A DNA stretch of 55,446 bases from an uncultured Candidatus Saccharibacteria bacterium (GCA_964546555.1 CAZJJX010000001.1:1-55446), one strand, 5' to 3'; shown: positions 25,030 through 35,473, counted from the first letter of the stretch. Program-made: numbers and translations. The notes: generated from the sequence alone by a model not told the origin.

Positions 25030-26157
25030 ATGAACACCGCATGGAGAGATCACTGTGTCCCTGATTTACGAACACTAAAAGGTAAACGCGTTATTGTACG
25101 TGTTGACTGGAATGTTCCAGTGAGTAACGGACAGATTACTGATACAAGTCGTATTGATGTGAGTGTGCCGTTCTTGCAACACCTCGCAAACTCAGGCGCA
25201 AAGATAGTCATCCTTTCTCATTTTGGAGAAAAAGGGGAGAGGCTTACCGATGTTGCGTATCATGTAAAGAAGCAGCTTCCTTTTGTAACCTTTAATCCTT
25301 CGCTTGATTTTGCTGTACTTACTGAAGCTTCAAGAGCTCTAACCGACGGAGCTGCACTTTTGCTTGATAATGTTAGACTTTTCCCTGGAGAAACAGAAAA
25401 TAATGACATTGTTGCAGATTCGTTCTCTTCACTTGGGGAAGTATTCATTAATGACGCGTTTTCAGTTGCGCACCGAAATCACGCAAGTGTTGTAGGGATC
25501 GCTAAGCGCAAACTATCATATTTTGGCCCAACATTTGAACGAGAACTCGAAAACCTCTCCCAAGCACTTGACCCTGTTCAACCTGCACTCATGATAGTTG
25601 GAGGGGCAAAAATTTCTACAAAGCTAGAACTTATTAAAAAGTACCTCGACCAGGGAGTAAAAGTGTTTGTAGGAGGTGCGATGGTACATAATATTTGGTA
25701 CGAACAAGGTATCGCCATCGGAAAGAGTCTCTACGATCCTAGTTACAAGCTTTCACAAGAATTTGTTCACCACCCACTCCTTGTAACACCAGTAGATGTT
25801 GTTTTAGAAGACGGTAAAACTGTTTCAGTAAAAGCAATTCCTAGCGATGGTGTTGTTGTTGATTGCGGCGAAGAAACTGTTGCTATGGTTGCAAAACTTG
25901 TAGAGCTTTCCAATACCGTTATCGCAAATGGGCCACTTGGTCTATACGAAAAAGGCTGGCTCCACGGAAGTGAAAGAATTCTCACAAACCTTGCCGAGGC
26001 AAAAGCGATATCCTACGTAGGAGGAGGAGATACAGTAACTGTTGCTCATAAACTTGGACTATTGCAAAAATTTAATTTCGTCTCATTAGGAGGAGGAGCA
26101 ATGCTTGATTTCCTTTCATCTGGTACACTACCAGGTATCGATGCTGTCACAAAATAA
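25030..26157 (+). CDS. pgk: Phosphoglycerate kinase
   Basis: 375 aa with the motifs RVDWNVP, ILSHFG, FINDAFSVAHR and GGGDT. Confidence 0.95.
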   Translation: MNTAWRDHCVPDLRTLKGKRVIVRVDWNVPVSNGQITDTSRIDVSVPFLQHLANSGAKIVILSHFGEKGERLTDVAYHVKKQLPFVTFNPSLDFAVLTEASRALTDGAALLLDNVRLFPGETENNDIVADSFSSLGEVFINDAFSVAHRNHASVVGIAKRKLSYFGPTFERELENLSQALDPVQPALMIVGGAKISTKLELIKKYLDQGVKVFVGGAMVHNIWYEQGIAIGKSLYDPSYKLSQEFVHHPLLVTPVDVVLEDGKTVSVKAIPSDGVVVDCGEETVAMVAKLVELSNTVIANGPLGLYEKGWLHGSERILTNLAEAKAISYVGGGDTVTVAHKLGLLQKFNFVSLGGGAMLDFLSSGTLPGIDAVTK

Positions 26158-26737
26158 TTCCTCATCTGTTATAGTAAGTACAGGGGACCAAGATGCGCTA
26201 AAAAAGCTTATTCTAGAAGCAAAACGTGGTAACACCGAAGCTTTTGGAGAACTTTATAAAGCACTCTACGTCCCTTTGTATAGATACGTTATCTCTAAGT
26301 GTCATGACGAGGATCTTGCGGTTGATATAAGTCAGCAAACATTTCTCAAGTTCTACGAAGCCCTAGGCACCTACGAACCAGAAAAAACTCCACTTGCTTA
26401 TCTTTTTACGATAGCTAAGAGGCTACTTATTAATCACGGTGAAAAAAAGACGTTTGAATCTTTTGACGAGTCCCTCATAGAAACATATACCAATGACACA
26501 GAAACATCTGTACTTGATGAAGCACATATCAAGTATTTAGCAGAAAAAATCAACATGTTCCTTCCATCGCTATCGCGAGATGAAGAAGATGTCATTCGGT
26601 TATATTTTTACGCAGAACTTAGTCACAAGGAAATAAGTGACGTATTAGAAAAAGAAGAAGCGTACATAAGAAAGATCAAAGAACGCGCACTCAAAAAACT
26701 TCGTATTCTAACAGCACATCTCCATGAACCAAACTAA
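26141..26737 (+). CDS. ECF-type RNA polymerase sigma factor
   Basis: Region 2 (FGELYKALYVPLYRYV) and region 4 HTH (LSHKEISDVLEKEEAYIRKIKERALKKL). Start taken at ATG 26141, overlapping the end of pgk. Confidence 0.8.
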   Translation: MLSQNNSSSVIVSTGDQDALKKLILEAKRGNTEAFGELYKALYVPLYRYVISKCHDEDLAVDISQQTFLKFYEALGTYEPEKTPLAYLFTIAKRLLINHGEKKTFESFDESLIETYTNDTETSVLDEAHIKYLAEKINMFLPSLSRDEEDVIRLYFYAELSHKEISDVLEKEEAYIRKIKERALKKLRILTAHLHEPN

Positions 26738-27074
26738 CAACACCACACAACCACATATCGAAAAAGCCTTGGCCATGTATAAGGAGAACGTATCGCCGTC
26801 AGAAACCTATTTTCAAGCAATACTTTCTCAAATACCAGAGCAACAAAAACTTAAAGAGGGACGTGCGGTACGTTCCCCGTATAGATGGTTAGCACTATCT
26901 CAGATGGTTACACTTACAGCTATTTTGCTTGTTGTTTTGCCAGGGTACATAACAAAGCCAAGCGATGATGCAAAAAATAACCCTTATTACGAAACAGATA
27001 CCCAAATTGAAGCGTTCGAACAACAAATTGATGATGAAGACATTATGCATAGTTTAGAAGACTATTCCTTATAA
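26724..27074 (+). CDS. Putative single-pass anti-sigma factor
   Basis: Overlaps the sigma gene stop by 14 nt. Has one TM helix (WLALSQMVTLTAILLVVLPGYI). Confidence 0.45.
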   Translation: MNQTNNTTQPHIEKALAMYKENVSPSETYFQAILSQIPEQQKLKEGRAVRSPYRWLALSQMVTLTAILLVVLPGYITKPSDDAKNNPYYETDTQIEAFEQQIDDEDIMHSLEDYSL

Positions 27075-27110
27075 TCTACACTAGCTACACCTTAGGTCGA
27101 ACATACACAT

Positions 27111-27758
27111 ATGAAACAATCAACTACAACAAAAACATATATAAGTGCACTTGCACTATTAGCGCTACTTCTTGCTCCAACATTTACATTTGCAGAAGAA
27201 ACAAAAAAAGAGCACCAGGAACCTCAAACTGAAGTAGTTCAGAAGGAACACAAGGAGGAAAAAGAAGCTCCTCAAGACGGAAAAGAGAAAGCTCCTGAAA
27301 ACGCTTTCACAACATGTTCACAAGAAGCTATTGAGGCTCGTGATACGTCAATTGCTTCATCACGACTTATCTACAACACTGCAATGAACACCGCACTTAC
27401 AGAGCGTAAGAATCGCGAGAAAGTCGCAGTAACCATCGAGGAAGAAGGGGCAAAAAAAGATGCGATTAAGGCCTCCGTTGAAACTTACAAGCAGCAAACT
27501 AAGCAAGCTCAAACAGCGCTCGTTGCTGCTCGCAAGCTCGCATGGCAAACATTTGAAAATGATATAAAGAAATGCCGTGAGCTAGGTACAGAAACAACAC
27601 AAATCATAAAGGAAGACGAGCAACAGCCAGCTCAATCTAGGACAATGAAGAAAACCCAAGATGATGACACAGTAAAAGAATTACGAAAAGACGAATCTAA
27701 ATCAATCGGGGATATGATCAAGGTGAAGTTCGAATCTCTAAAATCTTTGTTTAACTAA
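27111..27758 (+). CDS. Secreted Lys/Glu-rich hypothetical protein
   Basis: Signal peptide ISALALLALLLAPTFTFA followed by a helical charged body. Confidence 0.55.
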   Translation: MKQSTTTKTYISALALLALLLAPTFTFAEETKKEHQEPQTEVVQKEHKEEKEAPQDGKEKAPENAFTTCSQEAIEARDTSIASSRLIYNTAMNTALTERKNREKVAVTIEEEGAKKDAIKASVETYKQQTKQAQTALVAARKLAWQTFENDIKKCRELGTETTQIIKEDEQQPAQSRTMKKTQDDDTVKELRKDESKSIGDMIKVKFESLKSLFN

Positions 27759-27760
27759 GA

Positions 27761-27788
27761 AAAAGGCAACCGAAAGGTTGCCTTTTTT
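27761..27788 (+). terminator. Intrinsic terminator
   Basis: aaaaggcaacc-gaaa-ggttgcctttttt. Confidence 0.9.
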
Positions 27789-27812
27789 GTTACATTCGTA
27801 GTACGAGAAAAC

Positions 27813-28284
27813 TCAATCTACTCGACGACCAATAAACCAGGTGTAGGTGTAATCAATTGAAAAAATTCCATCAGGAGTAATGAACTTAGTGTACGATGCA
27901 TTGACTGTTCCCATGCGAGTCTCGTACTCAGACTTATAAGTGCTTGGTAAAGTAGTAGCTGCTTCAGCAAACCTTTTTCGAAGGAATTCAAATACAGGTT
28001 TTGCAAGAAACCCTAAATTAAGCCACCCTTCACCTAAACCAACACTTACATATGTCCCTTCATATTGCCCATAACAACACCCAAGACAAACTTGTGCAGA
28101 TACCGAGCGTTGAAGAATGTCTTAGCACCCCTTCCTCCTTTTCTTTATAGACTTCACAAAGGCTCTTTAAATCTTCAATGAGTGCAAGCGCAAGTTGCTC
28201 AACAATTACATCATCAGAAATCCGTTTGATTACAGGAGCAAGTGCCGAAACAGCAGCAGATTTTTCGAGAATAGAATCAGTCAT
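27813..28284 (-). pseudogene. Frameshifted hypothetical gene (two overlapping reading frames)
   Basis: The N-terminal frame starts at ATG 28284 (GGAGA 7 nt upstream) and runs to the stop at 28060. A second frame is open over 28121-27813 (102 codons) but has no start codon until codon 76 (ATG). The two frames overlap over 28060-28121. Confidence 0.4.
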
Positions 28285-28412
28285 GGTGTTTTCTCCAGGT
28301 TGTAAAAAGGACTGGCTTCTTTCTATCACAAGCACACCTGTCTATCCAGTAACCCACAAGGATGCTTACCATCAATAGCAAGAACCCGTGCACGACCACA
28401 AACTGCATCTAT

Positions 28413-28443
28413 AAAAAAAAGACCATCAGTGATGATCTTTTTC
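28413..28443. terminator. Bidirectional terminator-like hairpin
   Basis: aaaaaaa-agaccatca-gtg-atgatct-ttttc, with one mismatch in the stem. Confidence 0.5.
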
Positions 28444-28463
28444 TTTAGCGAAAACTTTATCTG

Positions 28464-28907
28464 CTATGCTTTTTTAGTAATCAGTTCATCAATAGAATAC
28501 TTCCCACTTCCAACAATCATGGTTGCAATCGAGAGCCCGATAACCAGGAGGTGATACTCGAACCCTTCACCCTTTTGCATACCAGACCAGTTCATAAAGA
28601 AACCATGTGAAAGATGAGCAACATTCACCGCACCAATCATAAGCACAATCATGAGCGCTGCCCATACACGACTTGCGAACCCAACGATAAGCGACACCGC
28701 ACCAACTGACTCAATCATGATCACCGTAAAAGCGATAACCCAAGGAAGATGTACTGAGTTTGTTAAAAAGCCCATAGTTCCATCAAAACCGTACCCACCA
28801 AACATTCCAAAAAGTTTTTGAAGTCCGTGTGGAAGAATAACAATTCCAACGGTTAAGCGAGTAACAAGACCAACCCATTCATCTTTTGTAGCTAAAATAC
28901 GTTTCAT
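28464..28907 (-). CDS. DoxX-family membrane protein
   Basis: 147 aa with four helices and the motif RLTVGIVILPHGLQKLFG. Confidence 0.75.
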   Translation of the reverse strand: MKRILATKDEWVGLVTRLTVGIVILPHGLQKLFGMFGGYGFDGTMGFLTNSVHLPWVIAFTVIMIESVGAVSLIVGFASRVWAALMIVLMIGAVNVAHLSHGFFMNWSGMQKGEGFEYHLLVIGLSIATMIVGSGKYSIDELITKKA

Positions 28908-28978
28908 ACTTTGTATTGTTTATTTGTAATATATGTAGAGTGTAGCATAATACTTTACTATGTAAAGTATTATGCATC

Positions 28979-29572
28979 TTACGGTATTTTAAGATATTCT
29001 CTTCCTCCGCTTCGGAGGAGGGTGGTACCTCTTTTTCGGATATCAGGATGTAGTTTATATATTGTAGTGCTAATTGCTTTTGTTGTAGGAAGTACAACAC
29101 TGATTTCTAATTCATCACTGTTTCCGAATATTTTTTCTTCTTCTTTACTTAAACAATTAATCAGCACCACGTCAGAAACGTGGCACATGTTGCGTATTAG
29201 TTCTTCTTGTTTACTTGTTTCTATATGATAAATAGCAGTATATGGGTCTATGATGCAATCATATCTTTTGCCGGTTTCTAGAATTTTTTTAAGATACACA
29301 CTAATATCTTCACAGATTAGTTTTGCTCTAGAGTCTTTGGCGCGGATAAGCATGTGAGGGGAGTTGTCGACTCCTACATAATTACATGTTGGGTTACGTT
29401 TCAAATATGCTTTTGCGAACCTCCCATCACCGATACCAAATTCAAGTACTGAGGTTGGTTTATATGATTCCACAAGTCTAATTTCTTCTTGTAAACTAAT
29501 ATTTATTTTTGAACTTTCACAATATGACTCATAATACAAAGAAAGAGCATCATAAAATAAAGGAGGGCGCAT
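28979..29572 (-). CDS. Class I SAM-dependent methyltransferase
   Basis: Motif I VLEFGIGDGRF and an acidic post-I residue (VGVDNS). Confidence 0.7.
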   Translation of the reverse strand: MRPPLFYDALSLYYESYCESSKINISLQEEIRLVESYKPTSVLEFGIGDGRFAKAYLKRNPTCNYVGVDNSPHMLIRAKDSRAKLICEDISVYLKKILETGKRYDCIIDPYTAIYHIETSKQEELIRNMCHVSDVVLINCLSKEEEKIFGNSDELEISVVLPTTKAISTTIYKLHPDIRKRGTTLLRSGGREYLKIP

Positions 29573-29644
29573 TTGTATAATTATATATCAACCTAACAAG
29601 GGGCGTTCTTTTTTGGTTAACAAAAATGGTGATAAACTAACTGT

Positions 29645-30562
29645 ATGCCAATTTTCGGTTATATTATTGTCTCTTTAGTTTTCTTAATGTTTCTTTCAGG
29701 AATGCTTTTCCAAGCTTTTACGATGTTACGTGGAACATGGGAAGACGGTGACCGTAAGAAAATTCTTAAAGCATTTTTTGTTGGATTATTTGGGTTTACT
29801 CCATTTAATGGTGAGAGTGTCGAAACCTATAGCTTTGCACTTCATGCACTCTTTGCACTAGGTATCTCAATACTTGTATTTATCGTTTTGTTCAGAAAAA
29901 AACTGATGGCAAAAGTGACGAGCCAGATTATCCTTATCTGGAACCTAATTTTATTCGGACTCTTAGTATCTCATTTTGGAATAACTAGTACACTAGTGAT
30001 GCTCGCGACACCTCCCACCATCCTTACTATTATTAGTAATTTTAGTGATGTAGATGCCAAATTTATTTGGCAGGTTTTTTTAAGAGTCTGGTTTAGTTGT
30101 GTGATGATTGCGATAACTATTTTTCAAATAGCTAATTTTACAAACCCGTTTGATATATTCTTTTTAGGCGCATTTCTTCTTTACATATTTGTAAATATCT
30201 ATTTTGTATTATCGATTATCCCAACACTCAATAAAAACGAAAGCTTGAAAACATCGCTACGTAATTTAAGAAATCGTGCCAATGAACTTGCTGACAGTTA
30301 TATCTGGAGAAAAGACAATAAAATATATAGTGCAGTTATTATTATAGGTATCCCTCTACTTATGTACACCAACAATTATTTCACCATAGTAAGTAACGGC
30401 ACGCTTATCGGTGTAGCACTTGTTGCCATGTCGTATATAAAGATACACAATCAAGATGATTTGCTTACAGAATCTACAATTACTGACACTAACACAAATC
30501 AGAACACAACAAACAACCAAACACCTGTACAGATAATTCAAAAAGAGGAGTCTATTAGATAG
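29645..30562 (+). CDS. Multi-pass membrane protein, unknown function
   Basis: 305 aa with about 8 hydrophobic helices and an Asn/Thr-rich tail. Confidence 0.5.
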   Translation: MPIFGYIIVSLVFLMFLSGMLFQAFTMLRGTWEDGDRKKILKAFFVGLFGFTPFNGESVETYSFALHALFALGISILVFIVLFRKKLMAKVTSQIILIWNLILFGLLVSHFGITSTLVMLATPPTILTIISNFSDVDAKFIWQVFLRVWFSCVMIAITIFQIANFTNPFDIFFLGAFLLYIFVNIYFVLSIIPTLNKNESLKTSLRNLRNRANELADSYIWRKDNKIYSAVIIIGIPLLMYTNNYFTIVSNGTLIGVALVAMSYIKIHNQDDLLTESTITDTNTNQNTTNNQTPVQIIQKEESIR

Positions 30563-30571
30563 CTCAAAAGA

Positions 30572-31339
30572 TTACCGATCTACTTCAAGGACTGTTGGGG
30601 CATGATCACTCCCTAAGAAGTCGTCCATAATTGTTGCATTTTGGATATTTTTTGTAAGCGACTTCGAAACAAACATGTAATCGATTCTCCAGCCGACATT
30701 ACGAGCTCGCGCCCCACTCTTCTGGTCCCACCAACTATACCGCACTTCATCTGGGTGAAGTGTACGAAAGGTGTCGACGAACCCCGCATCAATCACTCTA
30801 TCTACCCACGCTCGCTCAACAGGGAGGAAGCCTATCAGGTTAGCGTTTTCTTTTGGGCGCGCAATATCAATCTCACGATGAGCAACATTTAAGTCACCAC
30901 AGAAAATAACATTAGTGTGTTTCTTCTCAAGCTTCTTCACATGCTCTAAAAATTTTTCATAGTAGCGAAGCTTGAACTGAAAGTGTTCTTCATCACGCCC
31001 ACCGTTAGGGAAGTACGCAGTAACAAATGCAAAATCTTTATAGACAAGTGTAAGACACCGCCCTTCAATATCATAATGATCTTCTCCTAATCCGTAATGC
31101 ACTTCAAGTGGTTTTTCTTTAGCGTATACAGCAACACCTGAATACCCTTTACGTTCTTTTGAGCTATCAAAGTATGAGTAATACCCAAAAGGGGAGATAA
31201 TATCAGCGCTTAGTTGGTCGGGGGTAGATTTTGTTTCCTGAATTCCGATAATATCTGCACCAAGTGACAAAAGCTCCTGAAATGCACCTTTTTTGTATGA
31301 TGCACGTATTCCGTTAACATTAAAAGAAAGTATTTTCAT
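30572..31339 (-). CDS. xth: Exodeoxyribonuclease III
   Basis: Motifs SFNVNGIR, GIQETK, GDLNVAH and SDHAP. Confidence 0.9.
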   Translation of the reverse strand: MKILSFNVNGIRASYKKGAFQELLSLGADIIGIQETKSTPDQLSADIISPFGYYSYFDSSKERKGYSGVAVYAKEKPLEVHYGLGEDHYDIEGRCLTLVYKDFAFVTAYFPNGGRDEEHFQFKLRYYEKFLEHVKKLEKKHTNVIFCGDLNVAHREIDIARPKENANLIGFLPVERAWVDRVIDAGFVDTFRTLHPDEVRYSWWDQKSGARARNVGWRIDYMFVSKSLTKNIQNATIMDDFLGSDHAPTVLEVDR

Positions 31340-31386
31340 ACACGAAGTATAGCAAACAGCAGAGGTGTTTGTATTGTTGCAACTAT

Positions 31387-31425
31387 TAAAAAAAGGGGGG
31401 GTGGCCTTCGGCCGCCCCCCCTTTT
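31387..31425. terminator. Bidirectional intrinsic terminator
   Basis: aaaaaaaa-gggggggtggc-cttcg-gccgccccccc-tttt. Confidence 0.85.
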
Positions 31426-31462
31426 ATGTTTTTTATTTCCCACTTACATTACTATATACCTT

Positions 31463-33463
31463 TTATTGCAGATCGCTCTTAGTTACTTGGATACGCTTTG
31501 TTTCTTTATTTGTACCGCCGCAGTCATAAGTGAAGTCTGTTGTATAACTAACTTTTAGTGTTTTCTTACCAAGAGCCATCCAGTCAGTGTTAACGTGTCC
31601 CGGTGCAACAGTTTTTATTGCAGTTTGGATAGGACGTGATGTTGCTGGATCATCTTGATCAGTCTTTTCATTAAGGAGTACCGAGCCGAGACTTGTCTGG
31701 TATGAATTTTGTGCTTGTGAACAAGCGTTATTTGGACACACAACACGTGCTGAAAGGGAACACGCAGCATTTGGGAATTTTGTCTTCCACGTGAGAACAA
31801 CTTTTCCATCCTTACCCACTGTTACAGGGGAAGCAAATAGTGACACTGAAGAAGCTGGTGGAGTTGCATCATAAAATCGTGTCACCTGATCAGAGACTGA
31901 TCCATGTATACACTTTATGACATAGTTTCCTTCTTGAGAAACGTTTGGAATAACCACAGGCCCAGTATATGTTGTTGTTGCAACAAATATCACCCCATTA
32001 AAAGTAACACTATAAGAATCAGAATTACTACATGTAAGTGTAATAGATCCAGGTGGGTAATATGTACCTTCAACCACCGCACTTACAACAGTAGGATCAG
32101 CACACACGTTATTATCAGTATCATACTTTCCAGAAGAACATGTAACCAAAACTGTAGCACTAGCTAGCTCAACAGCATTGTTATAGAGTCTATAGGTTAC
32201 CGACCCATCAGCTTCATATGGCACATTAGTCACCTTACTATCATTATTCCCGGAGAATAGAAGACCTGCTGTACCATCACGAGTAACACCTGAAGTACCT
32301 TGAGGGTTGGCTGTTGTCCAGGTGAGTGTAGATTGGCAACTTGAAGCATCAAGAGAGATCTGACATGAAAGAGGGGAAGCACTCAAAGTACCAGTTGGGT
32401 TCGGTTTATACTCAGTACATAATATATTTGTTCCGCCATTAATTCCATTACACCACCATTGATATGCATACCAATTTGGAACAGTTGCATCTGGGTATTC
32501 TGCGGTACCCCCGAGATTGCCTGCTGAACAATTATAATGCGTAACCGAACACGCACCGTTAACAACACTTACTGATCCACCACCTGTTCCGCCGGTTGTA
32601 GTACCATCACCACCACCTGACGAACAACTACTACATCCACTACCCCAACCAAGACCATCTGTACCTGAGCTAATCTGGTTACCATCTGAATCAGTTGCAA
32701 TACCACCTGTTCCGCTGCCCGTACCAGCACCTCCTCCACCAGCATCTCCTCCATCTCCTCCATCATCTGGATCTGCATATACGATATCAAAAAAAAGTGA
32801 AGATAGTGGTTTAGTTTCTTTTACCAACTTTACAGTCCTACCTAAATCAATTAACATTTCATTCTTAAAACTTCCAGGCGCATCAATATCTACCATCATA
32901 ATAAAATTATTTGTTCCTGGATGCTTTTGAGTATTAAACACAAAAAAACTCATCGTGTATGTTGTGCCATCAATTGTAACCAAACAGGTAAATGCACGGG
33001 AAGGGAACGGTGGGGCAATTGCAGTTGCGATTCCTGTCTTATTATCACAAGTAAATGTAAACTTTTTTGGACCTGCAACTAAAGTCGTAAAATCAGTTGC
33101 TACACTTTTTACAAATGCAGTATTATCTTTTGAGGAGTCTTTCCAGCCAATATGAATGCTTGGGGTTTTTCCATCAATTATAGTATTACAGAAAACCTCA
33201 TACCCGTCCTTTGCTTCATTCTTAGCATATGCCTCTTCTTTTGTTCTTTCTCGCACAGAATCACAGGATGGCTCCTTACTTATTGGAAGATCAATTGAAA
33301 AACCGAACTTTTCAAAAGTGTATGTTTTTAATTCTAAAACTACTTGGGGAATTTCTTTATTAGTCTTATTAATGTAATTAATATACACAACACTACTAAG
33401 AATTCCGACAACAAATACACCTCCTATTATTGCTATTATTTTTTTTATTGATGGTGGTTGCAT
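31463..33463 (-). CDS. Membrane-anchored surface protein with a Gly-rich linker and Cys-rich repeated C-terminal domains
   Basis: N-terminal TM helix; a ~200-aa domain paralogous to ORF 33575-34201; linker DDGGDGGDAGGGGAGTGSGTGG...; then Cys/Thr/Ser-rich beta-type repeats. Confidence 0.6.
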   Translation of the reverse strand: MQPPSIKKIIAIIGGVFVVGILSSVVYINYINKTNKEIPQVVLELKTYTFEKFGFSIDLPISKEPSCDSVRERTKEEAYAKNEAKDGYEVFCNTIIDGKTPSIHIGWKDSSKDNTAFVKSVATDFTTLVAGPKKFTFTCDNKTGIATAIAPPFPSRAFTCLVTIDGTTYTMSFFVFNTQKHPGTNNFIMMVDIDAPGSFKNEMLIDLGRTVKLVKETKPLSSLFFDIVYADPDDGGDGGDAGGGGAGTGSGTGGIATDSDGNQISSGTDGLGWGSGCSSCSSGGGDGTTTGGTGGGSVSVVNGACSVTHYNCSAGNLGGTAEYPDATVPNWYAYQWWCNGINGGTNILCTEYKPNPTGTLSASPLSCQISLDASSCQSTLTWTTANPQGTSGVTRDGTAGLLFSGNNDSKVTNVPYEADGSVTYRLYNNAVELASATVLVTCSSGKYDTDNNVCADPTVVSAVVEGTYYPPGSITLTCSNSDSYSVTFNGVIFVATTTYTGPVVIPNVSQEGNYVIKCIHGSVSDQVTRFYDATPPASSVSLFASPVTVGKDGKVVLTWKTKFPNAACSLSARVVCPNNACSQAQNSYQTSLGSVLLNEKTDQDDPATSRPIQTAIKTVAPGHVNTDWMALGKKTLKVSYTTDFTYDCGGTNKETKRIQVTKSDLQ

Positions 33464-33574
33464 AGACTGGTGTGGTTACTTTAATCTTGGGTTTATAATA
33501 ATAATTCTAAGTATATATCAATACCACCCCTACACAAGCAAAAAAACACCAACACGTTGTGTTGGTGTTTTTAC

Positions 33575-34201
33575 CTACTCCTTTGGGAGTGGTCGAATGG
33601 TTTCAACAACCCTCTTAAGCCACGCCTCTGTTGCATAGCCTTTGTTGTATATGTCGGTTATCATTACCCACGACTCTGTATCTGGCAACGTCTCAGTTGT
33701 AAAATTATAAATTGCAACGTTGTAGGTTACATTTCGTTCAGCAAAATGAATACGACATGTCTGACTTCTTCCAGAAAGGAGAGGATTTAGAACCTCTCCT
33801 ACTTTCATACACTGGTATGTAAAGTAATCTGTTGTATTGAAATACAGAAAGGCTATCTCTCCGAACAAAACAGTTAACACTTTACTGGATACAAAGCGTG
33901 TATCTCTCCATCCGATTCGAACATCCGGCCCTATGTCTTCTTTTGTAACTCTTAAATTACAAAAAATTCCATAACCTAGATCGTACCGTACCTTTCCTGT
34001 ATTCTTCATCTGCTTTGACTCATCAGCAGAGAGCATGAATCTTTCGTTACAGCTCAAACTATTCCACGATGGCTCATTGATTTCAAAGCCATACTTTGGG
34101 AACTTTACTTTGTTTACCGGCAATACCGCTGGAACAGTGGCACAACCAACAAGTAGAGCAAACACCCCTACAATACTGAGCCATTTCAGCAACTTCTGCA
34201 T
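33575..34201 (-). CDS. Lipoprotein, paralogous to the N-terminal domain of ORF 31463-33463
   Basis: Lipobox ALLVGC. Shared motifs are K[FY]GF.I, FCN, IGW[KR]D and a conserved Cys pattern. Confidence 0.6.
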   Translation of the reverse strand: MQKLLKWLSIVGVFALLVGCATVPAVLPVNKVKFPKYGFEINEPSWNSLSCNERFMLSADESKQMKNTGKVRYDLGYGIFCNLRVTKEDIGPDVRIGWRDTRFVSSKVLTVLFGEIAFLYFNTTDYFTYQCMKVGEVLNPLLSGRSQTCRIHFAERNVTYNVAIYNFTTETLPDTESWVMITDIYNKGYATEAWLKRVVETIRPLPKE

Positions 34202-35468
34202 GTTAAACTCCTTAAAAGATCAGATATATTTATTATACCACACCAAATTTATTTTGTCACTACCATCTGTGTTTAAAAAAATCTATAAAAAATACAATAA
34301 ATTCATCCTACTCATTCTGATTTGCTTACTGTGTATTCTTTTTGTGTATAACTTTACATATCACCACAACCTGGGAGAAAAAGGGGTTCTTCGATACCTC
34401 ATTACTCATCAAGACAAGAAAGGGGTATACACCTACACCTATTTCCCAAAAGAAAATTCAAGTGGTTACGGCTATAGCTTAATACGACATTTCGGAACAC
34501 TCTACGCTCTTAGTGATTATGCAAACACTTTAAGCGCCGCTCCTTCAACACTCCAAACTCACCTAGTACGTGGTATTTCCTACGGGCTTACCTTTAAAGT
34601 ACCATGTGATTCTCGAGCACCATCTGATGCGGAATGCATAAACTACATACACGACGGTGGGACATTCGGTACGCCATCGCTTGCAATTGTGACACTACTA
34701 AAAAGTAGAAACCTTATCAAAGATGGCACCCTCCACACAAACTACCTCAATACAAGTATTGCACTTGAAAAAGGTATCGCATTTAGATTTAATCGAGGTA
34801 ATTTATTATATCCATCTTCTACCCCTGAAAGGATTAAACGTTTCGAAGAGGGGCAATTACTCCTTGCACTAGTTCACCTCCACCAAGCAACAAACTCTCA
34901 AGGTTACCTTGATAAAGCAAAGTTACTAAAAAATGTCATTTTTATAAACCTCAAAAAAGCCGGAGATATCTCCCTTCACCACTGGTACACTATTGGATTA
35001 CGAGATTACTATAAGGCAACCAAATTACCCCCAACGCAAAATGAATGCTTATATTTTATAGAGTCAGCAAAATATATCAGCGACTTACAAGAAAAAAGTG
35101 GGGTATGGGTGGGGTCCTTTAAAGAAGATCCACGTATTGCGACCGGCGGTGACACCTATAAACAACATGATCCTACCATTACCAGTGCTTATGTTGAAGG
35201 ATTAGGTGCGCTGTATGAACTAATAAGCCTGTGCACACAGACACAAAAAACATCAGCAATCATACAACTAATAAAAAGCACAGTTGAACAATCAATGTTG
35301 CACATCACCAAGCAACAAATAACCTTGAATCACATTATGTTTAAAGGATTCTCAGTGAATTCTCTAGGTGGTATTTACAGAAACGACAGCAGTTACTCGA
35401 TACAAATCGATACCCCTCAACACGCTTTATCTGCATACATGGTATATAAAACCTTAGAGAAAAGGTGA
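34200..35468 (+). CDS. Membrane-anchored hypothetical protein
   Basis: ATG 34200 overlaps the divergent start at 34201 by 2 nt; an in-frame GTG at 34269 is an alternative start. One TM helix (FILLILICLLCILFVY), then a ~400-aa helical domain. Confidence 0.5.
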   Translation: MLNSLKDQIYLLYHTKFILSLPSVFKKIYKKYNKFILLILICLLCILFVYNFTYHHNLGEKGVLRYLITHQDKKGVYTYTYFPKENSSGYGYSLIRHFGTLYALSDYANTLSAAPSTLQTHLVRGISYGLTFKVPCDSRAPSDAECINYIHDGGTFGTPSLAIVTLLKSRNLIKDGTLHTNYLNTSIALEKGIAFRFNRGNLLYPSSTPERIKRFEEGQLLLALVHLHQATNSQGYLDKAKLLKNVIFINLKKAGDISLHHWYTIGLRDYYKATKLPPTQNECLYFIESAKYISDLQEKSGVWVGSFKEDPRIATGGDTYKQHDPTITSAYVEGLGALYELISLCTQTQKTSAIIQLIKSTVEQSMLHITKQQITLNHIMFKGFSVNSLGGIYRNDSSYSIQIDTPQHALSAYMVYKTLEKR

Positions 35469-35473
35469 CGTAG

